Sequence record: OP744025
DNA length: 64,000 nt
Source: Escherichia phage A5-4
Strand: one strand, 5' to 3'
Shown here piece by piece: positions 27,048 to 36,361 of this stretch (the stretch's first letter is position 1; the number at the start of each line of letters is the position of its first letter). A program made the position numbers and the translations under genes. Under the pieces are notes generated by a model that ran no database searches, was not told the DNA's origin, and was given only the letters and a program-made list of their open reading frames with translations.

Positions 27048-27434
27048 TCAACTACCTTCGATATGCTTCTGAATTTGATCAGCAATGCCTTTCCATAAAC
27101 CATTAAGGAAAGGGTTACTTGTGATGATTTCGCCCAACCAAGGGCCATACAGGCGGTATACGTAGTCATCTGTGATCGCATAGATACTTCCATCACGTAC
27201 AGCAAGACCACGTACAAGGGAGGTTGTTACACGACGACCTGCAAACCCCGTCTTTTGGTATTCCAGTTCAGAATGTTCAATATAACCTACCAGATTTACC
27301 AGATTTTGAGTTCCATCAATTGCAAACCCACATTTCTTTTCAAGGTCTTCTGAAATCTTACTGATCCCCTCTAATGCGAAGTTACCTCCAAATTTTAGGC
27401 CGTACTTAGCTGCAAGTTTATCGTGCGCTGTCAT
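27048..27434 (-). CDS. hypothetical protein
   Basis: 128 aa ORF. Confidence 0.45.
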   Translation of the reverse strand: MTAHDKLAAKYGLKFGGNFALEGISKISEDLEKKCGFAIDGTQNLVNLVGYIEHSELEYQKTGFAGRRVTTSLVRGLAVRDGSIYAITDDYVYRLYGPWLGEIITSNPFLNGLWKGIADQIQKHIEGS

Positions 27435-27625
27435 TTTACACTTTCCTTGATCAGTTGTTCAAAAGTTTCAACATCCTGAGTGATATGTGCTGTACTTCCA
27501 TCACGGAAGACAACAACGGTAGTTTCTTCACCAAAATGATTACCTTCACGAAAGAGAAGAATCTCTTCTACACGTAGAGCAACTTTAAGACCACCCTCAC
27601 CTGTCAAATTTGCTTTTACGAACAT
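27431..27625 (-). CDS. hypothetical protein
   Basis: 64 aa ORF, 4-nt overlap. Confidence 0.4.
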   Translation of the reverse strand: MFVKANLTGEGGLKVALRVEEILLFREGNHFGEETTVVVFRDGSTAHITQDVETFEQLIKESVK

Positions 27626-27816
27626 TATAAACCTCCCATGCTACGAAGAATAACATCTTTCATACGAATAAGAATTTCATTCTTATCCACCTCAGGAAAA
27701 ATTTCAACCAGTTTAATAAGTAAACTTCTTCCACTTTTATACTCACCCGATCTTGCAAGGTGTAGAACAGTTCTTGCAAACTCTAACTCGTCTAAAGGTA
27801 CTTTTCCTTCAACCAT
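27625..27816 (-). CDS. hypothetical protein
   Basis: 63 aa ORF. Confidence 0.4.
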   Translation of the reverse strand: MVEGKVPLDELEFARTVLHLARSGEYKSGRSLLIKLVEIFPEVDKNEILIRMKDVILRSMGGL

Positions 27817-28070
27817 TCCGCAGCCTCCTTCAAGTTGTCAAACACTTTATAAGCAACACCTGTATATTCTGAATCCCAATCGTCACTTGGGTCATAATCC
27901 TCGTTAATCTCTTCTACATCAACATGATACTTATTTTCGTAGTCCTTTTCAACAAGAATACGAAGATCATGATAAACAGATGCTTCAACTTGGTCTGCTA
28001 TTTTATCAAAGTAATCTCGATCTGTCATCTTTATACCCCACAACGTTGGAGAAAAGCTTCGCAAATGCAC
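27792..28070 (-). CDS. hypothetical protein
   Basis: 92 aa acidic ORF; start may be internal. Confidence 0.4.
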   Translation of the reverse strand: MHLRSFSPTLWGIKMTDRDYFDKIADQVEASVYHDLRILVEKDYENKYHVDVEEINEDYDPSDDWDSEYTGVAYKVFDNLKEAAEWLKEKYL

Positions 28071-28282
28071 AAAAAATCTTCTTTTTCTACATTCTTGATA
28101 TCCATACCGATCTCTTTAAAAAGTTTAGGAAGATCAAGAGCCTTCGCGTCCTTTTCTAACTTGAAATAGCCGTTCTTATCATACGGAATTTTTTGGAGGA
28201 ATAGAACATCTGGATTATCAGAGCCTTTTGTTTTTGTTGCTAGATAATCATAAATATCTTCACGAGGTACTGGCTTCTTCAT
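28031..28282 (-). CDS. hypothetical protein
   Basis: 83 aa ORF. Confidence 0.4.
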   Translation of the reverse strand: MKKPVPREDIYDYLATKTKGSDNPDVLFLQKIPYDKNGYFKLEKDAKALDLPKLFKEIGMDIKNVEKEDFLCICEAFLQRCGV

Positions 28283-28283
28283 A

Positions 28284-28727
28284 TTATTCTCCTGTCAAAT
28301 TTAATTTGTCACCTTTTCGCATCTCAAGGAAGGCTTTGAGATCTCCAAACTTAGTTTCCGTAAACGCAGAACCTGCCGGAGCTTTGTTATAATCCCATGT
28401 TTCCTTTGCTTCGTCAATATCTCCCACACGAGATTCAATTTTCTTTCTGAATTCGTAAACGGAATACTTTGAACGAATAACTTTCGGCGGTACGTAACGC
28501 ATAATGCCTGCGTCGCTTGATCTCTTTGATAATGAAACCTTTTGTTGATGCATTTTAACACATCTTAAAACGTACTCCTCGAATTCCTTTTTAAAAGCCA
28601 GGTGAATCAAGGATTCTGGTGCAGAGAAGTGAACCTTGCGATAAGACCCATCATCATCCATAAGGTAACACACTTCTGGTTTTCCTGCAAAAACTTCAAC
28701 ATCAAAACTTTCAATCTGGAACTTCAT
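28284..28727 (-). CDS. hypothetical protein
   Basis: 147 aa ORF. Confidence 0.5.
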   Translation of the reverse strand: MKFQIESFDVEVFAGKPEVCYLMDDDGSYRKVHFSAPESLIHLAFKKEFEEYVLRCVKMHQQKVSLSKRSSDAGIMRYVPPKVIRSKYSVYEFRKKIESRVGDIDEAKETWDYNKAPAGSAFTETKFGDLKAFLEMRKGDKLNLTGE

Positions 28728-28771
28728 AAAGTAAAACCCCCATCGGTTAGGATAGGGGTATATTACATTGG

Positions 28772-28966
28772 TTACTCTACAGAGTCAACCGTTTCAACAA
28801 AGATAATATCACCATATTTCAGCTTACGGCGGTTGTCACCTTTGTGGGTGTGGTCCACAGGGTTAAATGATCCAATATCATTGGAATGTTTCCAGCCAGA
28901 TTTAACAGAAAACTGCTTAACAACAGCAGCAAAATCTTCCGGCTTTAACTCAATCATATGCTCCAT
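28772..28966 (-). CDS. hypothetical protein
   Basis: 64 aa ORF. Confidence 0.4.
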   Translation of the reverse strand: MEHMIELKPEDFAAVVKQFSVKSGWKHSNDIGSFNPVDHTHKGDNRRKLKYGDIIFVETVDSVE

Positions 28967-29053
28967 TACATACTCCTTTCATAAGAAATTTCTCTATAGG
29001 GGCTTCATAGAGTAAAACCCCTATTGATTAAGATAGAACCTATTATCAGTTAT

Positions 29054-29443
29054 TTACTCGTCAACAACTTTCCAACTCCAAAGATAACCATCTTTAGGCA
29101 TAGTGGAACCTTTAACAAATATCATTTCGTCATAAAGATCATTTTCGTTAGGCAAATCTTCTAGGAGTTTAAACTCAACATTGTTATACTCATTATAGAT
29201 GATTTGTGCACGGAGTTTCTTGCCTACCTTAATGGAGTTAGTTTCTGATCGAACACATTCAATAATGTATCCCTTTTCATAAGAAATTTCTTCACGAGAT
29301 ACCTTATAGACCTTGACCAACGCAGGAAATTCCTTTTGTATTTTCAAAGCTGTATGCTGCGCTTCTTGTTCACTATCATAACCCTTGAAGAATTTAAAAA
29401 CTTCACCTTCCCACTTGATCCAGACTTCATATTCTTTTTCCAT
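29054..29443 (-). CDS. hypothetical protein
   Basis: 129 aa ORF. Confidence 0.5.
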   Translation of the reverse strand: MEKEYEVWIKWEGEVFKFFKGYDSEQEAQHTALKIQKEFPALVKVYKVSREEISYEKGYIIECVRSETNSIKVGKKLRAQIIYNEYNNVEFKLLEDLPNENDLYDEMIFVKGSTMPKDGYLWSWKVVDE

Positions 29444-29453
29444 GTATCACCTC

Positions 29454-29771
29454 TTAAGAAATAAGTTGGATTTTTGGACCTTTTTCTTTTTCTGCTTGAC
29501 GCAGGCGTTCACGAACGTACAGTTCGATATCAGTTGGTCGCCACAATTCAACTATAACCACATCGAAACGGTTTTCGTGAGCACCAGGTTGTTTATTCAT
29601 GTAGCTTGCCATCAGGTCTGCACTTTCTTGATCAGCAAATACAGCTTTTGCTACGATTGGCTTACCATCTTCAGTTTGTCCCATACTCATGCTCGGAATG
29701 TTGTGACCTGCATCATTATCACGAATAGCAAACACAAGAGTAGTTTCAGCATTTTTCAGAAAGTCAGTCAT
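29454..29771 (-). CDS. hypothetical protein
   Basis: 105 aa ORF. Confidence 0.45.
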   Translation of the reverse strand: MTDFLKNAETTLVFAIRDNDAGHNIPSMSMGQTEDGKPIVAKAVFADQESADLMASYMNKQPGAHENRFDVVIVELWRPTDIELYVRERLRQAEKEKGPKIQLIS

Positions 29772-29991
29772 TAATAATCTCCACGTCAGAATTGATATCA
29801 GTTTTATAAAACAGTCCCAGAGTTTCTGCGACCCCTATCTCTATGAAAACAGCATCCTCATACACAACTGCATCAGAGGTTGCGTATACTTTATTATAAA
29901 TTGGCTGGCCTGTAAAGTCACAATCAACAATATATTTAAACTTTTGGCCTTTCTTTACATCACGGGCCTTGATCAGCTTAACATTAATCAT
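29764..29991 (-). CDS. hypothetical protein
   Basis: 75 aa ORF, 8-nt overlap. Confidence 0.4.
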   Translation of the reverse strand: MINVKLIKARDVKKGQKFKYIVDCDFTGQPIYNKVYATSDAVVYEDAVFIEIGVAETLGLFYKTDINSDVEIIND

Positions 29992-30679
29992 CGGTACTCC
30001 CTATTTGTAATGGTACAATACCTAAAGCTTCCAAACCTGCCTCCACGACCTTACGATTTACAGAAGCCTCAAACTCTGCTTGTGCTTTCGCCTTAACAAC
30101 CTCGGAGTTTTCCTTAAACACGTTAATCGCATGTTGAGTGATATCCGGCAGCTTTGAATGAACACGAGTGATCTTATTCTTAAGTTCAGTCAATTCTTTC
30201 TTTGTTGCCTTACCTTTCTCAATAAGTTGCTGGACTTCAATTACGGCTTCCAGATGGTCCTTTAAAAGATCTTTTAAGTCTTTATCCACGTTCAAGCCGA
30301 TCATGTCAGAACTGTTTTGTTGTCCCTCAATGCCAGGAACATATCCATCGCCCTTGATATATCTTAATGTGATTGGTACGCCTTGTCCACTATGGGATGC
30401 CACTAACTCTGCCCATTGGTAAGATGTTAATTCAATCTCAATGACACGAGAGTTTCGTGACGTATAATAAGACGGCAAACCATAAGAGATCTCCTGGTAT
30501 GCGGTATCAATACGTAAACAAACACGTTGATTATGGGTCGTGTCTGATCCGAACATTTCCACATTCCCACCAGTTGGGTGAGTGATTGATGCCAACCCAT
30601 AAGCTGGGTGTGTCTGGATTACACGCTCAAATACTCCAGCTTCAGATAATTTTACTTCGGGCTTCATTACGTTTCTCAT
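29984..30679 (-). CDS. hypothetical protein
   Basis: 231 aa ORF with a coiled-coil-like C-terminal half. Confidence 0.5.
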   Translation of the reverse strand: MRNVMKPEVKLSEAGVFERVIQTHPAYGLASITHPTGGNVEMFGSDTTHNQRVCLRIDTAYQEISYGLPSYYTSRNSRVIEIELTSYQWAELVASHSGQGVPITLRYIKGDGYVPGIEGQQNSSDMIGLNVDKDLKDLLKDHLEAVIEVQQLIEKGKATKKELTELKNKITRVHSKLPDITQHAINVFKENSEVVKAKAQAEFEASVNRKVVEAGLEALGIVPLQIGSTDD

Positions 30680-30687
30680 AAAATCCC

Positions 30688-30888
30688 CTATTTTATTTTT
30701 ACAATGTATTTAGAAGTTCTTCGGATTCTTTGGGTCCTTGTCCAAGTTGGGTCAACATACTCTATTCCTGCCATACCCTTACTCGGGATGATTCTGGTGA
30801 TAATCCCCTTAAATATAGTTTTACGATCGTCATAAGTAAAAGCTACTTTGTCACCAACTTTCATCTCTATACCCATTAAATCTTTCAA
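30688..30888 (-). CDS. hypothetical protein
   Basis: 66 aa ORF. Confidence 0.4.
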   Translation of the reverse strand: MKDLMGIEMKVGDKVAFTYDDRKTIFKGIITRIIPSKGMAGIEYVDPTWTRTQRIRRTSKYIVKIK

Positions 30889-30892
30889 ATCA

Positions 30893-31117
30893 TCAACCCC
30901 GTCTTTCTTTCAGTTCCTGTAAGAACAACTCATCAGCAAGATTATTTAAACTATTTGCCAGATTTCGGGCTTGTTCACGAGTAACACGAATACCAACAGA
31001 ATCACAACCCTCACGATCGCAGTAGTCAATTCCGATCAGGATTTTACCTTTTTCAGTTGAGGGTGTAATATTAATTTCTGCCTGATAATCTACGCCAATA
31101 TCCTGGAATGTCATCAT
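30893..31117 (-). CDS. hypothetical protein
   Basis: 74 aa ORF. Confidence 0.4.
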   Translation of the reverse strand: MMTFQDIGVDYQAEINITPSTEKGKILIGIDYCDREGCDSVGIRVTREQARNLANSLNNLADELFLQELKERRG

Positions 31118-31272
31118 TTTGTGTATACCTCTTGTATTTCTGCGATTAATGTTTCAGAGGAACTGGCAATTTCTGCTCGGACTTCCTCTGCTTTTTCTTT
31201 ATCTTCAAATAGGGTCGGATGAATTTGAGCATCCTCACCACAATGAAGACACAGTATAGCATAATACTTCAT
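31114..31272 (-). CDS. small protein (52 aa), not in ORF track
   Basis: ATG 31272 overlaps the upstream stop (TGATG) and its stop overlaps the next start (ATGA); translation MKYYAILCLHCGEDAQIHPTLFEDKEKAEEVRAEIASSSETLIAEIQEVYTK. Confidence 0.35.
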   Translation of the reverse strand: MKYYAILCLHCGEDAQIHPTLFEDKEKAEEVRAEIASSSETLIAEIQEVYTK

Positions 31273-31634
31273 CACTTATTACCTTTTTCTTCTTCATGCG
31301 GCTTAACAATAATCTCTTCAATAATCTCAGGATCAATGTTTTTAGTATACATAAAAGTATAAAGCGCCGTTTTCAAAGCGGCACGTTTACCATAGTAATG
31401 ATCTGCGATGCCATTCTGTTTTGATAGTTTATGAATCTCCACTATTTTGCTTTCAACTTCTTCGTTGGAGATCTCTATATACTCGACTGCTGACATGCGT
31501 TCAATAAATATTGCATTAAGACCGTATAACTTGGCATCTCGCTCCACGTATTCTTTGAATCGCTGCCACTCTACCTCATCTTTGATAAGGTCTGCAATTT
31601 TAAAGATTACTGGGTGCTTACGTGATTTGGTCAT
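31272..31634 (-). CDS. hypothetical protein
   Basis: 120 aa ORF. Confidence 0.5.
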   Translation of the reverse strand: MTKSRKHPVIFKIADLIKDEVEWQRFKEYVERDAKLYGLNAIFIERMSAVEYIEISNEEVESKIVEIHKLSKQNGIADHYYGKRAALKTALYTFMYTKNIDPEIIEEIIVKPHEEEKGNK

Positions 31635-31690
31635 TTATTCTCTCCTCGTTTGTTTTGATAGGGTCATATTACACGACCCTTGATATGGTG

Positions 31691-31948
31691 TCAACTAAAA
31701 ATTAAAGAAACAACGTGGTAAATTACTTGGGGAAAGATAACTACGAAGTACAGATCAACAAATCCAGAGATAAAGTGATAAGCCTTCAGTTTTGTACGTT
31801 TACCTTTGTAAAAATCAGAGATGATTTTGAAATATTTATAAAGATTCCTTAAAAGTGCAAAACCGATCAACCCCAATCCACTAAGAACCACAACAAAAAG
31901 TGAAAACTGGACGTCCGCACTAAAAACACCAATAATAAGATCTAACAT
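31691..31948 (-). CDS. hypothetical membrane protein
   Basis: 85 aa with two hydrophobic segments. Confidence 0.45.
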   Translation of the reverse strand: MLDLIIGVFSADVQFSLFVVVLSGLGLIGFALLRNLYKYFKIISDFYKGKRTKLKAYHFISGFVDLYFVVIFPQVIYHVVSLIFS

Positions 31949-32229
31949 TAAATTTCCTCCAATTCAGACTCTACGATGTAAAAACCTTGTAATATTTCAT
32001 AAACCCACGTATTAAAATGGTCAGAATATACTATACCCTTTACACTATAAGTTTTATTTTCAAACTTAACTGTTGGGTTATTGACCCTCACCACAGTATC
32101 ACTTGCAAACTTAGGCATACCGTGCTTTGAAATTGCTTCACGATCAACTTTGTAAACATCCCTCCCAAAGAACTTTTCTAGTGGACAAAGATTATTCTCA
32201 AAATCAGTACCCATAGTCAACATCTCCAT
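31948..32229 (-). CDS. hypothetical protein
   Basis: 93 aa ORF. Confidence 0.45.
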   Translation of the reverse strand: MEMLTMGTDFENNLCPLEKFFGRDVYKVDREAISKHGMPKFASDTVVRVNNPTVKFENKTYSVKGIVYSDHFNTWVYEILQGFYIVESELEEI

Positions 32230-32470
32230 TAATTACCGAGGTGCTTTTGTTTGTCTTACCATTTGAAGTCTTGATATGAGTATCTGCATGAGGACAATAC
32301 ACCACATTCAGACTCATATCTCCTGGGTTAGCTTTGAGACGATAAATCTTACAACCTGCCTCTTTCATTTCTTGCGGTAAAATGTAATTAGTAGTCTTAT
32401 CGACAACGCCCTTTTGATCACAACCGGAAATGAAACATACCATAAAAATCGCAGCAATAATCTTTTTCAT
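32204..32470 (-). CDS. putative lipoprotein
   Basis: 88 aa; N-terminus MKKIIAAIFMVCFISGCDQ with lipobox ISGC. Confidence 0.5.
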   Translation of the reverse strand: MKKIIAAIFMVCFISGCDQKGVVDKTTNYILPQEMKEAGCKIYRLKANPGDMSLNVVYCPHADTHIKTSNGKTNKSTSVINGDVDYGY

Positions 32471-32817
32471 TTTACCTCCATCATAAATACTTTAACTTTT
32501 CGTACCTCTAATCTTACTTTATTAGAGCCTTGAAGTCTATTTCTTTTTTCAATTGCGTCATTAATGTCGCCATAGAAGTAGTGATCCTTACCTATTGTTG
32601 GTATTCCATTGCCGCCTTGCATAGCCAGTGTATACATTTCTTTTCCACCTTGCAACCCTTTTGATACTTTTTCTTCAAAATATTTATTGAATTGGGTTGG
32701 TGAAGTGTCAATTTCTACATCATCTTCCCATCCCATAACTTTATCCCAAAAACGGTCAATCTTGTCAAGAACTTTGTTACTAATCTTTTTAATCTTCTTC
32801 AACATAATCTTCCCCAT
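32467..32817 (-). CDS. hypothetical protein
   Basis: 116 aa ORF, 4-nt overlap. Confidence 0.45.
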   Translation of the reverse strand: MGKIMLKKIKKISNKVLDKIDRFWDKVMGWEDDVEIDTSPTQFNKYFEEKVSKGLQGGKEMYTLAMQGGNGIPTIGKDHYFYGDINDAIEKRNRLQGSNKVRLEVRKVKVFMMEVK

Positions 32818-33277
32818 TATTTATTTGGATACCGAAACGATTTTCGTTAGTGGAAAAGAAACCATTTTCCATGCGGCGAATCTCTTCTTTCATCACTTCC
32901 TGCATCGTTAATTTAAGGATTTCTTTGTTTAATTTTGGCTTAACTTCACGGAGCTTGTCAAGAAGTTTTTCCATTTCTTCTTTTACTTTTTCTTCCTCAT
33001 TTTCTACCTCTAATTGGTCCATTGCATCTTTACAAACACAGCAATGGCCCACAACTCTTAAAATATGATTTTGTATAGGTAATGCTTTTCTTCCACAATA
33101 CCCACAAACAATAGACCCACCGGAGGACCGGGCATCTATCGTCAATGTAGGCTTGGCCCCTTCTGCTTGAGAATGCCAAGTCTTTTTACCCTGGTAATCA
33201 TACATAAAGAATTCGTAGGATCTTTCATCAACGTGGTCTTCGAGCATATGTAAAGTTCGTGTATTGAAATGTTTCAT
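32789..33277 (-). CDS. hypothetical Cys-rich protein (zinc-ribbon-like)
   Basis: 162 aa; CGYCGRK...GHCCVC cysteine cluster plus a Glu/Lys-rich helical tail; first gene of the leftward block. Confidence 0.5.
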   Translation of the reverse strand: MKHFNTRTLHMLEDHVDERSYEFFMYDYQGKKTWHSQAEGAKPTLTIDARSSGGSIVCGYCGRKALPIQNHILRVVGHCCVCKDAMDQLEVENEEEKVKEEMEKLLDKLREVKPKLNKEILKLTMQEVMKEEIRRMENGFFSTNENRFGIQINNGEDYVEED

Positions 33278-33397
33278 TTTTAACTCCTCGTCGTTTGTAT
33301 GTGCTAACTATACGAGAACTTGAGGGGAAGATCAATACTTGATTTGCATTTTATTTTCATTATACTGTGCACATCTAAAACGAGAAGGAGATGACAA

Positions 33398-33961
33398 ATG
33401 AGTCAAGATAAAGAGTTAGCCATTGCGATATCCGTAGCTGCTTCTGCCCATGTTGACCAAGTAGATAAAGGGGGGAATATCTATATTCTTCATCCTTTGC
33501 AGGTGATGCAAACATTGCAGCAAAAGGGAAGGGAAGATTTAATGGCAGCAGGAGTTTTGCATGATGTGATTGAAGATACTGAAATCACTATGGAACACCT
33601 CTTTAAAAAGGGGATTTCAGAAAGAACCTTAGTGATTGTCGATGCAGTGACAAAGAAACGTAAGCAATCTTCATCTGATTACCTAGAGGGGATTTTAGAG
33701 AGTGAGGGTGCTTGTCATGTTAAGCTTGCGGATCTTAAACACAACTTAGATATTCTGCGAACTTGTAGCACCACAGAAAAAGACTTGCAACGGGTCAGGA
33801 AGTATGTAACAATGCACTTGTTGATTACGGAGATGGTTGATTGGTATGAAAGTATCGGAAGGTATCTCGATTATTGTGATTCTTTTGCCTATTCTAGCTA
33901 TCTCGACGAACGTAAAGAATTTGTTCAGAAACTTATTAAAAAATGGAAGGAGTTTAAATGA
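33398..33961 (+). CDS. small alarmone hydrolase (SpoT/RelA-type HD-domain (p)ppGpp hydrolase-like)
   Basis: 187 aa; ILHPLQV, AAGVLHDVIEDT and VKLADLKHNL align with SpoT hydrolase motifs (ITHP, LLHDVIEDT, IKLADRTHNMRTL). Confidence 0.75.
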   Translation: MSQDKELAIAISVAASAHVDQVDKGGNIYILHPLQVMQTLQQKGREDLMAAGVLHDVIEDTEITMEHLFKKGISERTLVIVDAVTKKRKQSSSDYLEGILESEGACHVKLADLKHNLDILRTCSTTEKDLQRVRKYVTMHLLITEMVDWYESIGRYLDYCDSFAYSSYLDERKEFVQKLIKKWKEFK

Positions 33962-34491
33962 AAAAGGTATTGAGTATTGAGCCGTTCACAACAACATACT
34001 TTGACGATTTGGAACGTCATGGTGATTATGGGGTACAAGACGCTGATGGTTGGAAAGAATTCCCTGAAGAAACAAAAGGTGACATTACAAAGCTCGGTTG
34101 TAAGATCAATGGATCTGAACCAAAAGGTGTTTACACCATGTTTTCTTTCCTTGAAGCTATGAACCCAATGTACAAGGGAGATCGGCAATTTGGTTTTTCT
34201 TTTGCATCATTCCTTACTTGTAGCTGTGGTCATGGGGGTTGTGCAGGCTATCATGATAATGTGGTTATTCGACGTAAAAAGAATACCGTGATGGTCATGG
34301 GTAAAAAGGAAGATGGTTATGACGAAGGTGTTGTATTGACAGGTGAATCTGTTGTATACTTCGATAAAAAGCAGTGGGACGGTGTTCTAGAACACTACCT
34401 TAAACTCTTCAAAGAAAATCCTGATGGTGTTTTTGAAGATGCGGGTTTTATGTTTACTGGTCGTTGGGGGACTAAAAATTTTTCAAAATAA
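33958..34491 (+). CDS. hypothetical protein (ATGA-coupled to the alarmone hydrolase)
   Basis: 177 aa; CSCGHGGCAGYH Cys/His cluster; start overlaps the upstream stop. Confidence 0.55.
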   Translation: MKKVLSIEPFTTTYFDDLERHGDYGVQDADGWKEFPEETKGDITKLGCKINGSEPKGVYTMFSFLEAMNPMYKGDRQFGFSFASFLTCSCGHGGCAGYHDNVVIRRKKNTVMVMGKKEDGYDEGVVLTGESVVYFDKKQWDGVLEHYLKLFKENPDGVFEDAGFMFTGRWGTKNFSK

Positions 34492-34561
34492 TTTAAAAAC
34501 TTGTTGACTTAAGAAATAGAAAAGATATACTTATCACATCAAAAACAAGAGGAGATATAAA

Positions 34562-35791
34562 ATGCAAGCAACTTATCAACGTATGGACCAAACCATGTTC
34601 AAAAAACGTATCAGTGTTCGTGATATGGAATCACTGATTCGCCTAGGGGCTTCCATCGGAAAGACCGTATTCTTTTTTGGTGGTGCTGGTCTTGGTAAGT
34701 CTGAAAAAGTAAAACAGATCGCTGATTCCATGTTCCCACATCGTGTAGGTAATAACCTTTGTGATGTTCGTCTGTCGGATAAAGAGCCACAAGATATCGC
34801 AGGTATTCCGATTCCGATCTCTTATCCAGATCCGAAAACTGGTAAAGAAGTCACTCGTACCGTATATGCAGTTCCAAACTTTTGGCCTACTGATCCTGAT
34901 TGGGAAGGTATCGTGTTCTTGGATGAACTGCCAAATGCACCATTGGGCACTCAGCACTCTGCATATCAGGTTATTCTTGATCACGTTGCAGGTGAGCATA
35001 AGTTCCCGAAAGGTACTGTGTTTGTAGGTGCAGGTAACCGTGATACTGATGGAGCAGGGACTACTTCTATGCCTGGCCCATTGGTTAACCGTATGATCAT
35101 TGCAGAAGTTGATTATAATCTGGATGTGTGGATCGAAGACTATGCGATTCCGTTCCGTCTGCACCCGAACATTATTGGTTTCTTGAAGCAGTTTCCAGAG
35201 CATTTCTATACTGGTGACGTAGAAAACCGAAGTACTCCGGTTTATTCATCTCCTCGTCAATGGAAAACAGCATCTGACATTCTGTACAAGTATGATGCGG
35301 GTGAGATTAATGAATTTATCGCAGAGGTTGCTCTTGCAGGTACAGTTGGTGAAGGCCTGGAAGTACAGATCCTTGCTTATCATTTACGTGCTAAAGAACT
35401 TCCTCCGATTGAAGATATCTTTAGTGGTGCAGTTGAAGAACATAAACTTGATCGCAGTAAGAACGACCTTGTTTACGTCCTGGCACAAACTGGCCTTCGT
35501 CGCATGGAAGATGAGGTTATGGATAATGACATGACGGATGATAAGTTCCTTGAACGTGCAGGTAACTTCCTTACGTTCATGTACAATAACTATTATGCAA
35601 ACAACAAGGATACAATGATTGCTTTGATCTTGGGCGTGTTCCGTGGTCCAAACGATAAGCCATCTATCCTGACTGTTAACCCGAAACGTCAGAAAATGAT
35701 TCCGCTCATGCGTAAAAGTTGCCCGACTGTTTCTGCCGCAGTTATGGAATACATGACTCGCTATGGTCAACTGATTAAAGAATTCGAATAA
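34562..35791 (+). CDS. MoxR-like AAA+ ATPase (CobS-like)
   Basis: 409 aa; Walker A FFFGGAGLGKSE, Walker B IVFLDELPNAP, sensor-like VFVGAGNRD. Confidence 0.7.
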   Translation: MQATYQRMDQTMFKKRISVRDMESLIRLGASIGKTVFFFGGAGLGKSEKVKQIADSMFPHRVGNNLCDVRLSDKEPQDIAGIPIPISYPDPKTGKEVTRTVYAVPNFWPTDPDWEGIVFLDELPNAPLGTQHSAYQVILDHVAGEHKFPKGTVFVGAGNRDTDGAGTTSMPGPLVNRMIIAEVDYNLDVWIEDYAIPFRLHPNIIGFLKQFPEHFYTGDVENRSTPVYSSPRQWKTASDILYKYDAGEINEFIAEVALAGTVGEGLEVQILAYHLRAKELPPIEDIFSGAVEEHKLDRSKNDLVYVLAQTGLRRMEDEVMDNDMTDDKFLERAGNFLTFMYNNYYANNKDTMIALILGVFRGPNDKPSILTVNPKRQKMIPLMRKSCPTVSAAVMEYMTRYGQLIKEFE

Positions 35792-35795
35792 TCTC

Positions 35796-35824
35796 TTGAC
35801 AACGAAAAACAGTTAACTTAATAT
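35796..35824 (+). promoter_or_regulatory. sigma70-type promoter followed by a stem-loop
   Basis: TTGACA (35796-35801), 17-nt spacer, TAATAT (35819-35824); then imperfect hairpin 35827-35848 and T-run before the HNH gene. Confidence 0.5.
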
Positions 35825-35866
35825 AAGGGCATCTCGAAAGAGGTGTCCTTTTTTAATTTGGAGAAA

Positions 35867-36361
35867 ATGATGGATTTCATAAAAGAAGGATTTTCTTTCG
35901 ACCCCCTTGCAAAGTTTCTACTAAGGAGAAATGGAAGAGAAGTAGGGAATGTAGTAAAGAATCATAAAGGTTATGATAAAGACTATGTACGTGTAACATG
36001 GTCAAGGGAAAGGAAAAGAAAATCTGCGTATGCTCACAGGATCATTTGGGAATTGCATTATGGCAAGATACCTGATGGTTATTGTATAGACCACATAAAT
36101 GGAGATGGTTTGGATAACAGGATTGAAAACTTAAGATTGGCAACTAAGAGTCAGAATGGTCAAAACAGGAAAAACAACAAGAATAAAAAGGATGGTCTTC
36201 CTAAAGGTGTAGTTATGAATCATGGAAAATACACAGGAAGGGTCTATGTAAATGGAAAAAGGTTACAGAAAATTAGTTCCGACCTTGACGAAATAGTCAA
36301 TTGGTTGGAGAATAAACGTAAAGAAAATCACGGTGTGTTCATGAACAATGGAGAACAATAA
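35867..36361 (+). CDS. HNH homing endonuclease (free-standing)
   Basis: AYAHRIIWELHYGKIPDGYCIDHINGDGLDNRIENLRLATKSQN is an HNH signature; start set at ATG 35867 after GGAG; sits between the AAA+ and VWA genes, stop overlapping the VWA start. Confidence 0.7.
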   Translation: MMDFIKEGFSFDPLAKFLLRRNGREVGNVVKNHKGYDKDYVRVTWSRERKRKSAYAHRIIWELHYGKIPDGYCIDHINGDGLDNRIENLRLATKSQNGQNRKNNKNKKDGLPKGVVMNHGKYTGRVYVNGKRLQKISSDLDEIVNWLENKRKENHGVFMNNGEQ

